Shown: positions 18,381 through 28,085 of the stretch, in pieces
Layout: each line of letters opens with the position of its first letter
Position numbering within the stretch: position 1 is the first letter of the stretch
Origin: Candidatus Ozemobacteraceae bacterium
GTDB lineage: Bacteria > Muiribacteriota > Ozemobacteria > Ozemobacterales > Ozemobacteraceae
Direction: 5' to 3'
DNA length: 64,000 nucleotides
Assembly (NCBI GenBank): GCA_965140445.1
Contig: OZ223236.1
Location: forward strand, 2,112,001 to 2,176,000
Notes under the pieces: model-generated
Database searches by the model: none
The model's input: only the letters and a program-made list of their open reading frames with translations
What the model was told of the DNA's origin: nothing
Position numbers and translations under genes: made by a program

Positions 18381-20574
18381 TGGATTAAGTTCGATTTTTA
18401 AAGAATCAAATACCAACCACAGATCTTCCAGAAGCGGAATAATTATTTTTGTAGTACTTGGCGGAATTTTTGTTTTAACCATTCTTGTGCTTTCATATAA
18501 CCACCTGGTCAGAGGAAAGTTTAATGAACACCGTGAAATTTTAAACCATGTTCGTGGAATGAAAGTCGCCCAGTCGTTAGCCCGCTACGTTATTGATCAG
18601 CTAAAGTCAGATTTATCTGAACCATTAACCGGGGATACTAACCAGCCAGGAATGGTTTTGAGGGCTAAAGTTTTTCAGGAAAGTTCAATTAATAAGCTTT
18701 CCGATTCTTTAAATGACCTTTGGTTAAATGCTGGCGCGAAGCGTTCTGAGATTAAAGATTTGGTAAAAAGATTGATGGACATTTATCCGATGAAAGACGT
18801 TTCCGTAAATGTAAAAATTAGCTTTGCGGATGTAACAAGCTTGAAGGATCTTAAAAAGGGCAATGAATTTTTTCTCGATTTTGAAAAAGCTGGAAAAATG
18901 ATTGTTGAGTCTGAGGTTTCTATTGGACGTTCCGTTGAAAGATGGAAAGAAATTCGTCCCTTCCGCGTTATTGTACCATACCCGATGCCAATTACTAAAT
19001 TTACTGTTTATGTAAAAAATGCAACAACAGATCATGACCCGGAAAGGTTCAATACTGTTATGATTGAATCTGCATCTGCTGGGGTTGCACCTAATTCTCC
19101 AAGGCCAATCATTTTATATAATGGCTCTGCTGGAGGAAACTATAATAAAGAAAATAGTGACATCTGGAAGGAACGAGGATGGATTTATCTCGGTGGTTCC
19201 GATGTCTTTTTAAATCGTGCTGCTGGAGACAAGGAGTATGGACAGCGTTATCATTCATACTATCAGCCTTCGGACTTCCCAATTCCATTATTATTGCAGT
19301 TTAACGATTTTACTTCAGAAAAAGTTGGAACAAAGGACCTGGAAATAAAGGTTTCGAGGTGGGGTTTTTCCAATTCTTATATTAGTGGTAGTTTTGCAGA
19401 TTTCTGGAAAAAGATTTTATACAGTTCTCAGAAAGAGCATCCGCCGAAAAGTGAAAAGAAATGGTGGGGAAGCACTTGCCTGCATCTTTTTGGAAATTCA
19501 AAGACTGATCGAAGTATTACAAGGGTTTGTGGGAAAGTCTACGACCGATTTGTTGACATAGGATATCTGTTTCCCAAAGGTGGAGGAGAATCTCCTATTG
19601 GTGCTATTAATGGATTAAGTGAAAAGGATTTTGAAAAGTATTCCGGGAAAAAGAGAAACTGGTTTCCAACAAAGCTTAAAGACATTTCAAAATTTGCCCA
19701 AAAGGATACCTGGGTTGATCCTAATCTTGTTTGTGTTGCAGCTCCCGTTCAACAAAGACTAGGAGTTCCTGATCTTCAATGTATGGAAACTTTTTTTCAC
19801 AATATGCCTTATTCAGCGCCTTTGATGAGCCTTTCATACAACAAGATAATGAGCAAGACTCAGTATTGTTTGTATGATGAAACTTATAAAATGATCTCAC
19901 AGTATGAGAAAAATCCGCAGGATATCAGCATTCCACCAAAAGGCTTTATTCCAGCAACAACCGATTACAATTTTTATTCAAGTATTTTTGGCCGGGAAAT
20001 TAAAGAACTTAAGATTGATAAGATTGCGGATAATCCAAGTTTTGGAATGGAAAAAAGAGTTTGTTATGAGGTGGATTGCCAGGGAGATAACGCTTTTGAC
20101 ATTGTAAAAGAGGCGTTTTGTGGAAGAAATAATAATAGCTTTGATCTAAAAAATGCTGTGGTAAGGATTAAAACTTCTGGAACAGGATTTAAGTTTGGAA
20201 ACAAGCTAGGTACAAAGACAGGTGGGACATTTTTGGTAGACAGTGGAATTGAAATTGGCAAATTTGCAACTGTCCCATCAGAAACAGAAGCGCCAGTAGT
20301 TTTTATTGCGGAGCGAGGAAAAATTACAGTTAACAATTCTGGCAGTCAGCCTGCTTTGGGGTATTTTATTGCAATGGACCCGGTTAATGGTGAGGTTAAG
20401 CCAACTCATGAGAACCGACCTTTTAAATTGACTGGAGGAATTGCAGCAAATTCGTTCACCCCTGAACTTTTTAAAGCAGGTGGTGAGATTACTTATAACC
20501 AGGCCTTAGATCCAACATCCTTAGCGTTTGCTAAAAATCTTGGCATTGTTATTGGCCCATCTGGAGGGGACTGA
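18367..20574 (+). CDS. Large pilin-like protein (PilX/GspK-type N terminus)
   Basis: RSG|IIIFVVLGGIFVLTIL class III signal-like segment lacking Glu5; coupled to two prepilin genes. Confidence 0.6.
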   Translation: MSMNNGLSSIFKESNTNHRSSRSGIIIFVVLGGIFVLTILVLSYNHLVRGKFNEHREILNHVRGMKVAQSLARYVIDQLKSDLSEPLTGDTNQPGMVLRAKVFQESSINKLSDSLNDLWLNAGAKRSEIKDLVKRLMDIYPMKDVSVNVKISFADVTSLKDLKKGNEFFLDFEKAGKMIVESEVSIGRSVERWKEIRPFRVIVPYPMPITKFTVYVKNATTDHDPERFNTVMIESASAGVAPNSPRPIILYNGSAGGNYNKENSDIWKERGWIYLGGSDVFLNRAAGDKEYGQRYHSYYQPSDFPIPLLLQFNDFTSEKVGTKDLEIKVSRWGFSNSYISGSFADFWKKILYSSQKEHPPKSEKKWWGSTCLHLFGNSKTDRSITRVCGKVYDRFVDIGYLFPKGGGESPIGAINGLSEKDFEKYSGKKRNWFPTKLKDISKFAQKDTWVDPNLVCVAAPVQQRLGVPDLQCMETFFHNMPYSAPLMSLSYNKIMSKTQYCLYDETYKMISQYEKNPQDISIPPKGFIPATTDYNFYSSIFGREIKELKIDKIADNPSFGMEKRVCYEVDCQGDNAFDIVKEAFCGRNNNSFDLKNAVVRIKTSGTGFKFGNKLGTKTGGTFLVDSGIEIGKFATVPSETEAPVVFIAERGKITVNNSGSQPALGYFIAMDPVNGEVKPTHENRPFKLTGGIAANSFTPELFKAGGEITYNQALDPTSLAFAKNLGIVIGPSGGD

Positions 20575-21017
20575 TGAATAGAAATGGTTTAAGTCTTCTT
20601 GAGATAATGATAGCAACTGGAATTCTTGTTGCAGCAATGGTTCCTCTTTGGGGGCTAATGGGTGCTTCTCATAAGCAGGTAACTATTTCTGCTGATGAGA
20701 TAAAAGTTAGTCAATTAGCACTTGAGATTATTGAACAGATTGAAAATAGCCAATGGACACCAGTTGAGGGAGAAATGAGTTTTTCTCCGGGAAGCAATTC
20801 ATCAATTAGTTTGGGTTCAAAAAGTAAAATTAATATTCAGATTGGTGAGTTTCCAGACTATTTGAAGTTAAAAGGTAAAGTAGAAATTTCTGGCTATCCA
20901 ACTGGAAAGCCAGATAAGGGAAAAATCGTTAATTTAAAGTTGTTTTATAATCCTAAAGAAAAGGTTGGAAAAGAAGATAAGGTATATTCTATTTCCACCT
21001 ATATCCCAGGTAAGTAA
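20574..21017 (+). CDS. Prepilin-type N-terminal cleavage/methylation protein (minor pilin)
   Basis: RNG|LSLLEIMIA followed by a hydrophobic helix; TGATG overlap with the upstream gene. Confidence 0.8.
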   Translation: MNRNGLSLLEIMIATGILVAAMVPLWGLMGASHKQVTISADEIKVSQLALEIIEQIENSQWTPVEGEMSFSPGSNSSISLGSKSKINIQIGEFPDYLKLKGKVEISGYPTGKPDKGKIVNLKLFYNPKEKVGKEDKVYSISTYIPGK

Positions 21018-21019
21018 AT

Positions 21020-21568
21020 ATGAAAAAGTTTAAAAAAGGTTTTACCTTAACCGAGCTATTAGTAAGCCTTGGAATTTTAACGCTGGTTGCGGGCGGGGTA
21101 ATTATAGCAATGACGCGTGGAGCTTCCAATGTGCACCGTGGTAGTTTCAATGCTCAGGCTTCAAATCAATCTGCATGGATACTTACTCTTTTGCGCAAAG
21201 ATATTGGACGCTCATCAATTGATAGAATTGATTTTAAACCGGATGATGGTATCAAATGGACTGGCGTGGAACCATTCAAAATTGTTTTAAATAGTGGGAA
21301 ACTTGTTGAATATAAAATCGTTAAAAGAGGAAAAGGAAAAGCATTGTTGAGAGATGAAAAAGATGTTCAACAGCAATTTCTGGCTGCTGAGTTTCTTGAT
21401 ACTGTTTCAATTGAAAAAGCTGGAAATTCCTTTAAGGTAGATCTTTTACTTAAAGATCCTGAAAAGAAATCTCGGAATTTTTCCTGGAATGGCCGAATTT
21501 ATCCGCCTGTTCCTGAAGCTATTGATAAATACTGGAAACCTTTTTCAGAAATCAAAAAGGGAATTTGA
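21020..21568 (+). CDS. Prepilin-type N-terminal cleavage/methylation protein (minor pilin)
   Basis: KKG|FTLTELLVSL canonical motif, followed by an ..L..LRKDI helix. Confidence 0.85.
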   Translation: MKKFKKGFTLTELLVSLGILTLVAGGVIIAMTRGASNVHRGSFNAQASNQSAWILTLLRKDIGRSSIDRIDFKPDDGIKWTGVEPFKIVLNSGKLVEYKIVKRGKGKALLRDEKDVQQQFLAAEFLDTVSIEKAGNSFKVDLLLKDPEKKSRNFSWNGRIYPPVPEAIDKYWKPFSEIKKGI

Positions 21569-22159
21569 ATGAAAAACTATTTTAATACTAGTTTCCTTGC
21601 AATAATATTGATTTTCTCATGCTTGTTTACATCTGGCTGTGGTTCCAGATACAGATATTATTCAACTAAGAAAAATGCTGAAAAAGCTTTAATGGAAAAT
21701 GATCTCGAGACTGCGAAGAAGCTTTTTGCGGTTATTTATAATAACGAGTCAAAATCAGAAAAGAGAGAAAGCTCTAGAATTAATTGGGCTTATTACCGTT
21801 TAGGTGTTGTTCATGAACTCCTCAATGAATCTAAGCTGGCAAAAGGCTATTACTGGGGAGATTCGATTGAAAAAGGTTTTTATGATGAAACCCTGGATAT
21901 TGCATGGTGGGCAGAGACTGGCTGGAAAATTATGGATGAAGGAAAAACTTCACGGAGTCTTCCAGAAATTTTGGAATTGGAAAAAAAGCGAAGACCCACT
22001 TCTGTAGTCAGAAAAGCAGATAAAAAGAGGGTGTATAAGCCACGAAAAAGGGCTAATGTGGCGACCTTTGATGATGGGCATAAGAGGACCAGGGTCTTTG
22101 ACAGATCCCTTACTCCTCCTAATCCCAATTCACCAGAGCCATTTAGGGTTTACTACTAG
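21569..22159 (+). CDS. Putative lipoprotein with TPR-like helices
   Basis: Hydrophobic N terminus ending FTSGC; AYYRLG...ELL....LAKGYY TPR-like motif. Confidence 0.6.
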   Translation: MKNYFNTSFLAIILIFSCLFTSGCGSRYRYYSTKKNAEKALMENDLETAKKLFAVIYNNESKSEKRESSRINWAYYRLGVVHELLNESKLAKGYYWGDSIEKGFYDETLDIAWWAETGWKIMDEGKTSRSLPEILELEKKRRPTSVVRKADKKRVYKPRKRANVATFDDGHKRTRVFDRSLTPPNPNSPEPFRVYY

Positions 22160-22701
22160 TCTTTTTTAGGACTAGCTTTGGTTTCAATGTTGCCGCTTAC
22201 CTGAAAACCAATTGGGGCGGATTCTTCATATGGCGATTGCAGAAAGATTTTTAGTCGTTCGCTAAGATTTTTAAACGCTACTTTATAAAGGTGATGACAG
22301 AAATCATTTATTCCTTCAGTTGTGTTATAGAACTTTTTGTCTTCATCATCTGCGATATGAAATTGGATTTTATCTGAAACCTTTTTAAAAATAACGATGA
22401 AGGTAAAAAACTTATCTTGCAGGTCTAGATTGTTAACATTGATTGCAAAGCCAATCACTGCTCTGCCATTGTCTGCAAACTCAGTGTCAAAAGCGTCGCC
22501 TCTGATTACCCGACTTTTGAAAACAAAACCTTTTGATGGTTGAAACATAAAAACCTTGCCTTCAGGGCAACCCAGACTTTCAACTATGGCTGTTCTTAGC
22601 TCCTGGACAAAGTCGCGGCATTCTTTTCTGTATTCATTACAAGCTTCCACTCCATCGTCATAAGCATCACAGAGTTTCGCGTAATTGGATTTTCTGGTCA
22701 T
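22156..22701 (-). CDS. Hypothetical protein
   Basis: 181-aa ORF with AAGGAG RBS; 4-nt convergent overlap with the lipoprotein gene. Confidence 0.7.
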   Translation of the reverse strand: MTRKSNYAKLCDAYDDGVEACNEYRKECRDFVQELRTAIVESLGCPEGKVFMFQPSKGFVFKSRVIRGDAFDTEFADNGRAVIGFAINVNNLDLQDKFFTFIVIFKKVSDKIQFHIADDEDKKFYNTTEGINDFCHHLYKVAFKNLSERLKIFLQSPYEESAPIGFQVSGNIETKASPKKD

Positions 22702-22724
22702 AAGTTCTCCTTATTGATTAGCTT

Positions 22725-23237
22725 CTAGTCGGTTTTGTCATCAACTATTTCAGCATCCTCGATTTTGCCAGGTTCTGAAGGGGTCGATGAATAGTTGTTT
22801 TCAGGTTGATTGGTGTGTTGATTTGGATTCATGGTTTGTCCGGAAAAAGAGAATTTAACATTTCCCGATAAAACCATTGATTTAAAATGGTTAACAAGCA
22901 TTGAAGCTATTGGTTTTCTAATAAATGGGATAATAATCATAAAGCCTAGAAAGTCGGTAATAAAGCCTGGAACACAAAGTAAAACACCGACAATAAGGAG
23001 CATTAGTGCTTCAATGGCCTCGTCTGCTGGAACCACTCCAGATTCAAGGGACTGCCTGATTTTATCCAGGGTTTGCAATCCCTGCTGTTTAACGAAATAG
23101 CCCCCCAAAACACCCGTAATTACGCAACAAGCCATTGTGAAAATCAGGCCTGTGTTTTGGGCAACCCAGAGTAAAATAGTAACTTCACTTACAGAAAAGA
23201 AAATTACTGTTAAGAAAAACTGAAACACACATCCCAT
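22725..23237 (-). CDS. fxsA: FxsA family membrane protein
   Basis: E..I...V....G...T...V..T..LG....K.QG and G.LL..PGFITD.LG...IIP..R motifs. Confidence 0.85.
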   Translation of the reverse strand: MGCVFQFFLTVIFFSVSEVTILLWVAQNTGLIFTMACCVITGVLGGYFVKQQGLQTLDKIRQSLESGVVPADEAIEALMLLIVGVLLCVPGFITDFLGFMIIIPFIRKPIASMLVNHFKSMVLSGNVKFSFSGQTMNPNQHTNQPENNYSSTPSEPGKIEDAEIVDDKTD

Positions 23238-23359
23238 TATTGCACCCTTAAAGTAAGAACCTCATATGCATTGGAGAAAAATTCTTTTATAAATTTATCC
23301 AATGAATTGTATTAATACCATTCTAGCACACCAACGATTAAATCATAACCCTTAAAAGG

Positions 23360-23387
23360 TTGCCAAGTCTTCTAAATCACGTATAAT
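23360..23387 (+). promoter_or_regulatory. Putative sigma70 promoter
   Basis: TTGCCA-N16-TATAAT upstream of the second YvyF-like gene. Confidence 0.45.
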
Positions 23388-23429
23388 TGACATAATAAAT
23401 TTTAAGAATTGGTTTGTGTAGAGGCTATT

Positions 23430-23939
23430 ATGGTTAGAGCAAAATTCCCAGTAACAAACTGCGAAGAATGTGGCAAACCCTTTTCCAGAATCTCCAGAGA
23501 CATCTGTCCAGATTGTTATGAAAAGGATTTTCAGGATTTTTCAAAAGTTTTGATGTATTTAAAGGACAATCCAGATACGCCAGTTACGAGAATTGCAGAT
23601 ATTCTTAGTATTCCAGAGAAAAAAGTTATTCGCTTTCTTAGATCTGGTCAGCTTAGGAGATATAACGTAACGACAATATATCCATGCAGGATATGTGGAA
23701 TGAAGATAAAAAGAGGTATTATTTGTCTCTGGTGTGCAGATGAAATTGAAAAGCACATTGTTGGTCTTAGAGAGAATATGTGGGGACTTGCTCAGCTTGA
23801 TGGTTCAAATTTGTCCGGTTTGAAAGCCGAAAAAATTGAGGACATTAATCCTGGAAATGACTTATTTTCTCTTAAAAAGTTTCAATCTGGCAAAAAAGGA
23901 CAGAAAAAGCGCAGAAAAGTGGGCTCAGATTTTGGCTAA
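23430..23939 (+). CDS. Second YvyF-like zinc-binding/HTH protein
   Basis: NCEECGK.F...SRDICPDC......F.KV..YL.DNP...I...L.I....V..F.RSG.L..CRICG..I..G..C..C. ATG at 23430 follows GAGG. Confidence 0.75.
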   Translation: MVRAKFPVTNCEECGKPFSRISRDICPDCYEKDFQDFSKVLMYLKDNPDTPVTRIADILSIPEKKVIRFLRSGQLRRYNVTTIYPCRICGMKIKRGIICLWCADEIEKHIVGLRENMWGLAQLDGSNLSGLKAEKIEDINPGNDLFSLKKFQSGKKGQKKRRKVGSDFG

Positions 23940-23957
23940 GAGCCTTATGGGTGCTTT

Positions 23958-24416
23958 TTAATATAGTGCATCCAACTCTGAAGCTAAAAGCGCATATTTA
24001 AAAAGATAATCTGCTTTTTTTTCTTCGTCAGAAGCCGTATCAATTAATAGGGAAAGCTCTTTCATCTCCGCTGTTATTTGCTTTTGTCTCTCCATTGTTG
24101 CAGAGTTATACATTGCTGGTCTGGTTCCTGGTGTGGAGATAGACTCTGAAGATGTCCCCATATTTTTATTAGCTGAAGAATTTTCTTTGCTGGAAATTTT
24201 GCTTGGAGAGATCATTTCGCGAGGAGTGGATTCCTTAAATAGCGCGACGCTTGGGAATTCTTGTGGTTTTTCAGGCTTTGGCAAATCTCCATTAGCATTT
24301 TCGGAGAGAATTTTTCCAACGATCTCTTCGAGAGTCTGGTTATTCTTTTCAGCCATGGCTTTAAGTTTTGTCAGAAGCTCTGAGCTTAAGTTAAATCTTA
24401 CTTCTTTTGTTTCCAT
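23958..24416 (-). CDS. Hypothetical protein with N-terminal ribbon-helix-helix-like segment
   Basis: EVRFNLSSELLTKLKAMAEKNNQTLEEIV..IL resembles CopG/RHH domains; disordered middle and helical C terminus. Confidence 0.55.
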   Translation of the reverse strand: METKEVRFNLSSELLTKLKAMAEKNNQTLEEIVGKILSENANGDLPKPEKPQEFPSVALFKESTPREMISPSKISSKENSSANKNMGTSSESISTPGTRPAMYNSATMERQKQITAEMKELSLLIDTASDEEKKADYLFKYALLASELDALY

Positions 24417-24417
24417 A

Positions 24418-24447
24418 AAAAATCCCCCTGTCTTAGGGGGATTTTAT
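24418..24447 (-). terminator. Terminator-like hairpin overlapping the RBS of the 152-aa gene
   Basis: Minus strand reads AAAATCCCCCT-aagac-AGGGGGATTTT-tt-ATG. Confidence 0.6.
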
Positions 24448-24478
24448 CACAGATTTAGAAATTCAGGTATTTGAAACA

Positions 24479-25441
24479 TTATTTCAAATTTTGTAACTTC
24501 ACTCTAATCTCTTTCATTCTGGCTGCTACGCCTACTGCTTCAAGCTGTTTGCCCGCGGCAAGTAATTCACTGTAGCTCGCGTAAAGCTTCTGATATCTTT
24601 CCTGTAGTGCAGAAAAAGTAGATTCTATTGGTTTGTCTGGAATAAGGTCGCTAACTTCTGAAAAACTTGTTGATGAGGCTTTGGGACCAGAGGAACCATC
24701 TCCACCAGAATTGCTTATACTGACTGGGCCAGTTATTGGACCTGCTGTATTTCCACCGGTTGGGGTTTCGGGAACATCAATTTTTCCCTTTCTGGCGCGC
24801 CACATGTCTACAACTTTTCCCATTACATAATCACCAACTATGGACCCAACAATTCCTCCGATAGGAGGGAGTATCGCTCCGCATAAAAGCGAACCGGCTG
24901 TCCAGCCAATGCTTCCTGCTATTAGTTTTGGCCAATCCAAGCCCTTAAAGACTTCTTTTATGCTGAATTTACCGCTTTTCGCAGAAGCTAACGAATCAGA
25001 TGCCAGACTTCCGCCCAGGTAAGCTGTCAGTATTGGGACAAATTCCTTTAAGAGCCCGCCAACTATTGGGACTTTTGAAAGAATAGGAGTAAAAAAGCAG
25101 CCTGAGGCATATCCTAGCATTCCGCCCGCTGTGCTTGCTATATAGTCTGCTGTAAGCATTGATTTTGCTACAGCTTTAACATCTGGGGATTTCTTTTCGA
25201 TAGCGCAATCAATAAGATGATAGCCCATCTGAATGCCAAATTTTGTCAGGAACCATTCTGGGGAGAATGTTCCCTCAAAACTAGACTTAAACTCCCGCGT
25301 TCCTTGGGAAATCAGTGATTTTCCTGTAGCGCTGGATTGAGACTCAGCAAGACATGGTGATCCAAGCTGTAATACCAGTGATATTACAAGGATCATGGAA
25401 ACTATACTTCTATATAATCGATTGCTTTTCCTATTTATCAT
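24479..25441 (-). CDS. Exported protein with glycine-zipper-like hydrophobic helices
   Basis: Start likely at ATG 25441 after GAGGA. Signal peptide ending CLA; two Gly-rich hydrophobic hairpins (GGMLGYASG..VPIVGG; GSIGWTAG..PPIGGIVG). Confidence 0.6.
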   Translation of the reverse strand: MINRKSNRLYRSIVSMILVISLVLQLGSPCLAESQSSATGKSLISQGTREFKSSFEGTFSPEWFLTKFGIQMGYHLIDCAIEKKSPDVKAVAKSMLTADYIASTAGGMLGYASGCFFTPILSKVPIVGGLLKEFVPILTAYLGGSLASDSLASAKSGKFSIKEVFKGLDWPKLIAGSIGWTAGSLLCGAILPPIGGIVGSIVGDYVMGKVVDMWRARKGKIDVPETPTGGNTAGPITGPVSISNSGGDGSSGPKASSTSFSEVSDLIPDKPIESTFSALQERYQKLYASYSELLAAGKQLEAVGVAARMKEIRVKLQNLK

Positions 25442-25581
25442 TGTTTCCTCGCGGTTACGCCAGTTTTTTCTAATTATAATAAAAAAAAGAAAACCTGCAA
25501 TGTACAGGAAATAAAAAAAATCCATTTTGCGTCTACTGCGTTTTCTTTTGTGATAGACTCTTATAGAGGAAGAAGCAATTA

Positions 25582-27018
25582 ATGGATAACAAAAAACGCG
25601 TAAGTATTTTACTTAAAAACAGGATATATGGCTTCTCTTTCCTTATTTACAATTTCAACTTTCTTATTTTTTGGAATTTTGCTTTAGGTTTACTGATACT
25701 TTCTTTGCGAACACTAGGAATTGTAGGAAATGATCATTTTGAATCATTGTGGGTTGGAATTCCAATAGGGCTTTTAATTTCTATTTTCCATATTGGCCGA
25801 AACCCGATTTCTGAAAAGAAATTGATCGCTATTTTAGATAGTTACAATAATGCAGGCGGAGTATTGATTTCTGCAGAAGAAACCGGTGATCAGCAATGGG
25901 AACCCAAATTATGTAAGGAATATAAGATTCCAGGTCTGAAGTTGCATTTAAGTAATCACATTTTCCTTTTATTGTTGTCTTTTTTGTTTTTAATAGCTGG
26001 GCTTCGTATTGATATTCCGTCCCGTTCTGTTATCGGTCCTACAAGTATAGATTTGAGAAATTCTGAACAGAAATCTACCCTCAAAATCGATACCCTTGAG
26101 GAAACCGGATTGATTGAAGAAAAGAGTTCTGAGGAATTAAAAAAAGCGTTGGAGCATATTAAATCTGAATCTGATGGTCTTGATCCTTCCCGAACTTTTG
26201 AATCGTTAGATAACCTTGAAAACAAGATAAGTCGTGAAGCAGAAAAGGGAATTAGTGAACTGCAAAAACATTTAGAGGCATTACAGGGATTAAAAAATCT
26301 TTCTGACAAGCTTCAGAAATCTGCTGAAATTAGCCCGCAGGAGTTAAAAAAAGCTAAAAATGAGATGAAAGAGATGCTTGAAAAGGCTATGGGCAAAGAT
26401 TCCAAGGCAGATAAAGCTCTTAAGCAGCTTTCGGATTCATTAAATTTGGATAACAAAGAACTATCTAAGGCTTCAAAGAACTTACAGGAATACATAAAAA
26501 ATGAAACTCAAAAAATGAAGCAAAATGCTGAGAGACTAATGAAGGCAAAAGTGATAGATAAAGCAACTTTTGAAAAATTGAAAAAAGCAGGAAAAGTTAA
26601 GGAATGGGATGGCAAAACCCCTCTCAAGCAAGGAGAATTTATGTTTGTTGAGGGTGAGAATGGAAAAAATGGTAACAGAGGCTTAACTCCATGCCAGAGT
26701 GGGGGGAATCAAATTGGAAAAGGTGGAGTTTCTCGTGGTCCTGGAACTTCAAAAATTAAACACAACCGGATTTCTTCGGAGCATGGAGTTAAATTTAAAG
26801 ACGAAGCTCTTCCAGCCCCAACTATTAACAGCCTTGATGATTCCGAGGTTGTGGGGATTGGAATGACTGCACCTGATGTTAACAACGAAATTGATGCGAA
26901 TGTATCCTCAACAAACTGGGATATAAAGGCAAGAAATAATGGCAGAACGCACTTGGTTTTGCCCAAGCATAGAGCAATTGTCAGAGATTATTTTAGTCGG
27001 GAAAAAACTGGTAAATAG
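25582..27018 (+). CDS. Membrane protein with coiled coil (first gene of the MoxR operon)
   Basis: 3 N-terminal TM segments, K/E coiled coil, Gly-rich GKGGVSRGPG and C-terminal LPKHRAIVRDYF; GAGGA RBS. Confidence 0.7.
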   Translation: MDNKKRVSILLKNRIYGFSFLIYNFNFLIFWNFALGLLILSLRTLGIVGNDHFESLWVGIPIGLLISIFHIGRNPISEKKLIAILDSYNNAGGVLISAEETGDQQWEPKLCKEYKIPGLKLHLSNHIFLLLLSFLFLIAGLRIDIPSRSVIGPTSIDLRNSEQKSTLKIDTLEETGLIEEKSSEELKKALEHIKSESDGLDPSRTFESLDNLENKISREAEKGISELQKHLEALQGLKNLSDKLQKSAEISPQELKKAKNEMKEMLEKAMGKDSKADKALKQLSDSLNLDNKELSKASKNLQEYIKNETQKMKQNAERLMKAKVIDKATFEKLKKAGKVKEWDGKTPLKQGEFMFVEGENGKNGNRGLTPCQSGGNQIGKGGVSRGPGTSKIKHNRISSEHGVKFKDEALPAPTINSLDDSEVVGIGMTAPDVNNEIDANVSSTNWDIKARNNGRTHLVLPKHRAIVRDYFSREKTGK

Positions 27019-27036
27019 CGACAGGAGTAAAATTTT

Positions 27037-28080
27037 ATGAAGCAGAAAGATTTATTATCGCCAGAAGTGATGGCTGGTGCAGCAAAAATGGCTCAAAATA
27101 TATTAGACGATCTGGATAGAATTCTGGTGGGTCGTTCGGGGCTTCATAGACTTGTTTTAATTGGTATTCTGAGTCGCGGCCATATACTGTTAGAGGGACT
27201 TCCAGGCGTTGGAAAAACCGCTTTGATAAATACGCTCGGAAAGCTTTTAAATCTTGAATTTAAAAGAGTGCAGTTTACACCTGATCTTATGCCAGGAGAT
27301 ATTTTAGGTTCCCATATTTTACAACAAAACGAGTCTGGAAATAGAGAAATGACTTTCCAGCCGGGACCAGTTTTTACTAATATTCTTCTCGCAGATGAGA
27401 TAAACAGGGCTTCTCCAAAAACCCAAAGCGCTTTGCTCGAAGCTATGCAGGAAAGATCAGTAACCTTATTGGGTAACACTAGAATGCTTCCTTCGCCTTT
27501 TTTTGTTCTGGCTTCTCAGAATCCTATTGAATTGGAAGGCACCTATCCGTTACCAGAAGCACAGCTGGATAGATTCCTTTTTAAACTAAATGTTGAAAAC
27601 TCCGGGGTTAAAGCTTTAAAAGAAATTATTTCAACCAGAAGACATGGTGCGCCACCAGAGCCTGAAATTAAAATCTCAAGAGAAGATTTAGATAGCCTCT
27701 ATAAAACAATGGATAAGATTTATTTACCAGGACCTGTAGCTGAGTTCATCGCTAAACTTGTTAACGCAACCGATCCAGGATCGTTGGCAGCAACTCCGCT
27801 GGTAAAAGATTTTGTTCAATATGGAGCTTCTCCTAGAGCAGCCATTGCTGTGGCTGAGGCGGCAAGAGGTGTGGCGCTACTCGCAGGTCGTCCTTCAGTA
27901 GGATTTGAGGATGTAAAAGAGGTTTTTTCAGCTGCACTGGGCCACAGAATTATTTTAAATTACAAGGCAAAATTTGAAGGGGTTAATCAGGAGTCTGTTT
28001 TGAAGCAGATTTGTGAGGGCATAAAGGAAACTGATCTTGATCTGCCTTCCGGATTAACTTTTGATTCAGCAGGGGAATAA
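27037..28080 (+). CDS. moxR: MoxR family AAA+ ATPase
   Basis: GHILLEGLPGVGKT, RVQFTPDLMPGDILG, LADEINRASPKTQSALLEAMQE, QNPIE.EGTYPLPEAQLDRF and GASPRA. Confidence 0.95.
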   Translation: MKQKDLLSPEVMAGAAKMAQNILDDLDRILVGRSGLHRLVLIGILSRGHILLEGLPGVGKTALINTLGKLLNLEFKRVQFTPDLMPGDILGSHILQQNESGNREMTFQPGPVFTNILLADEINRASPKTQSALLEAMQERSVTLLGNTRMLPSPFFVLASQNPIELEGTYPLPEAQLDRFLFKLNVENSGVKALKEIISTRRHGAPPEPEIKISREDLDSLYKTMDKIYLPGPVAEFIAKLVNATDPGSLAATPLVKDFVQYGASPRAAIAVAEAARGVALLAGRPSVGFEDVKEVFSAALGHRIILNYKAKFEGVNQESVLKQICEGIKETDLDLPSGLTFDSAGE

Positions 28081-28085
28081 GACCA

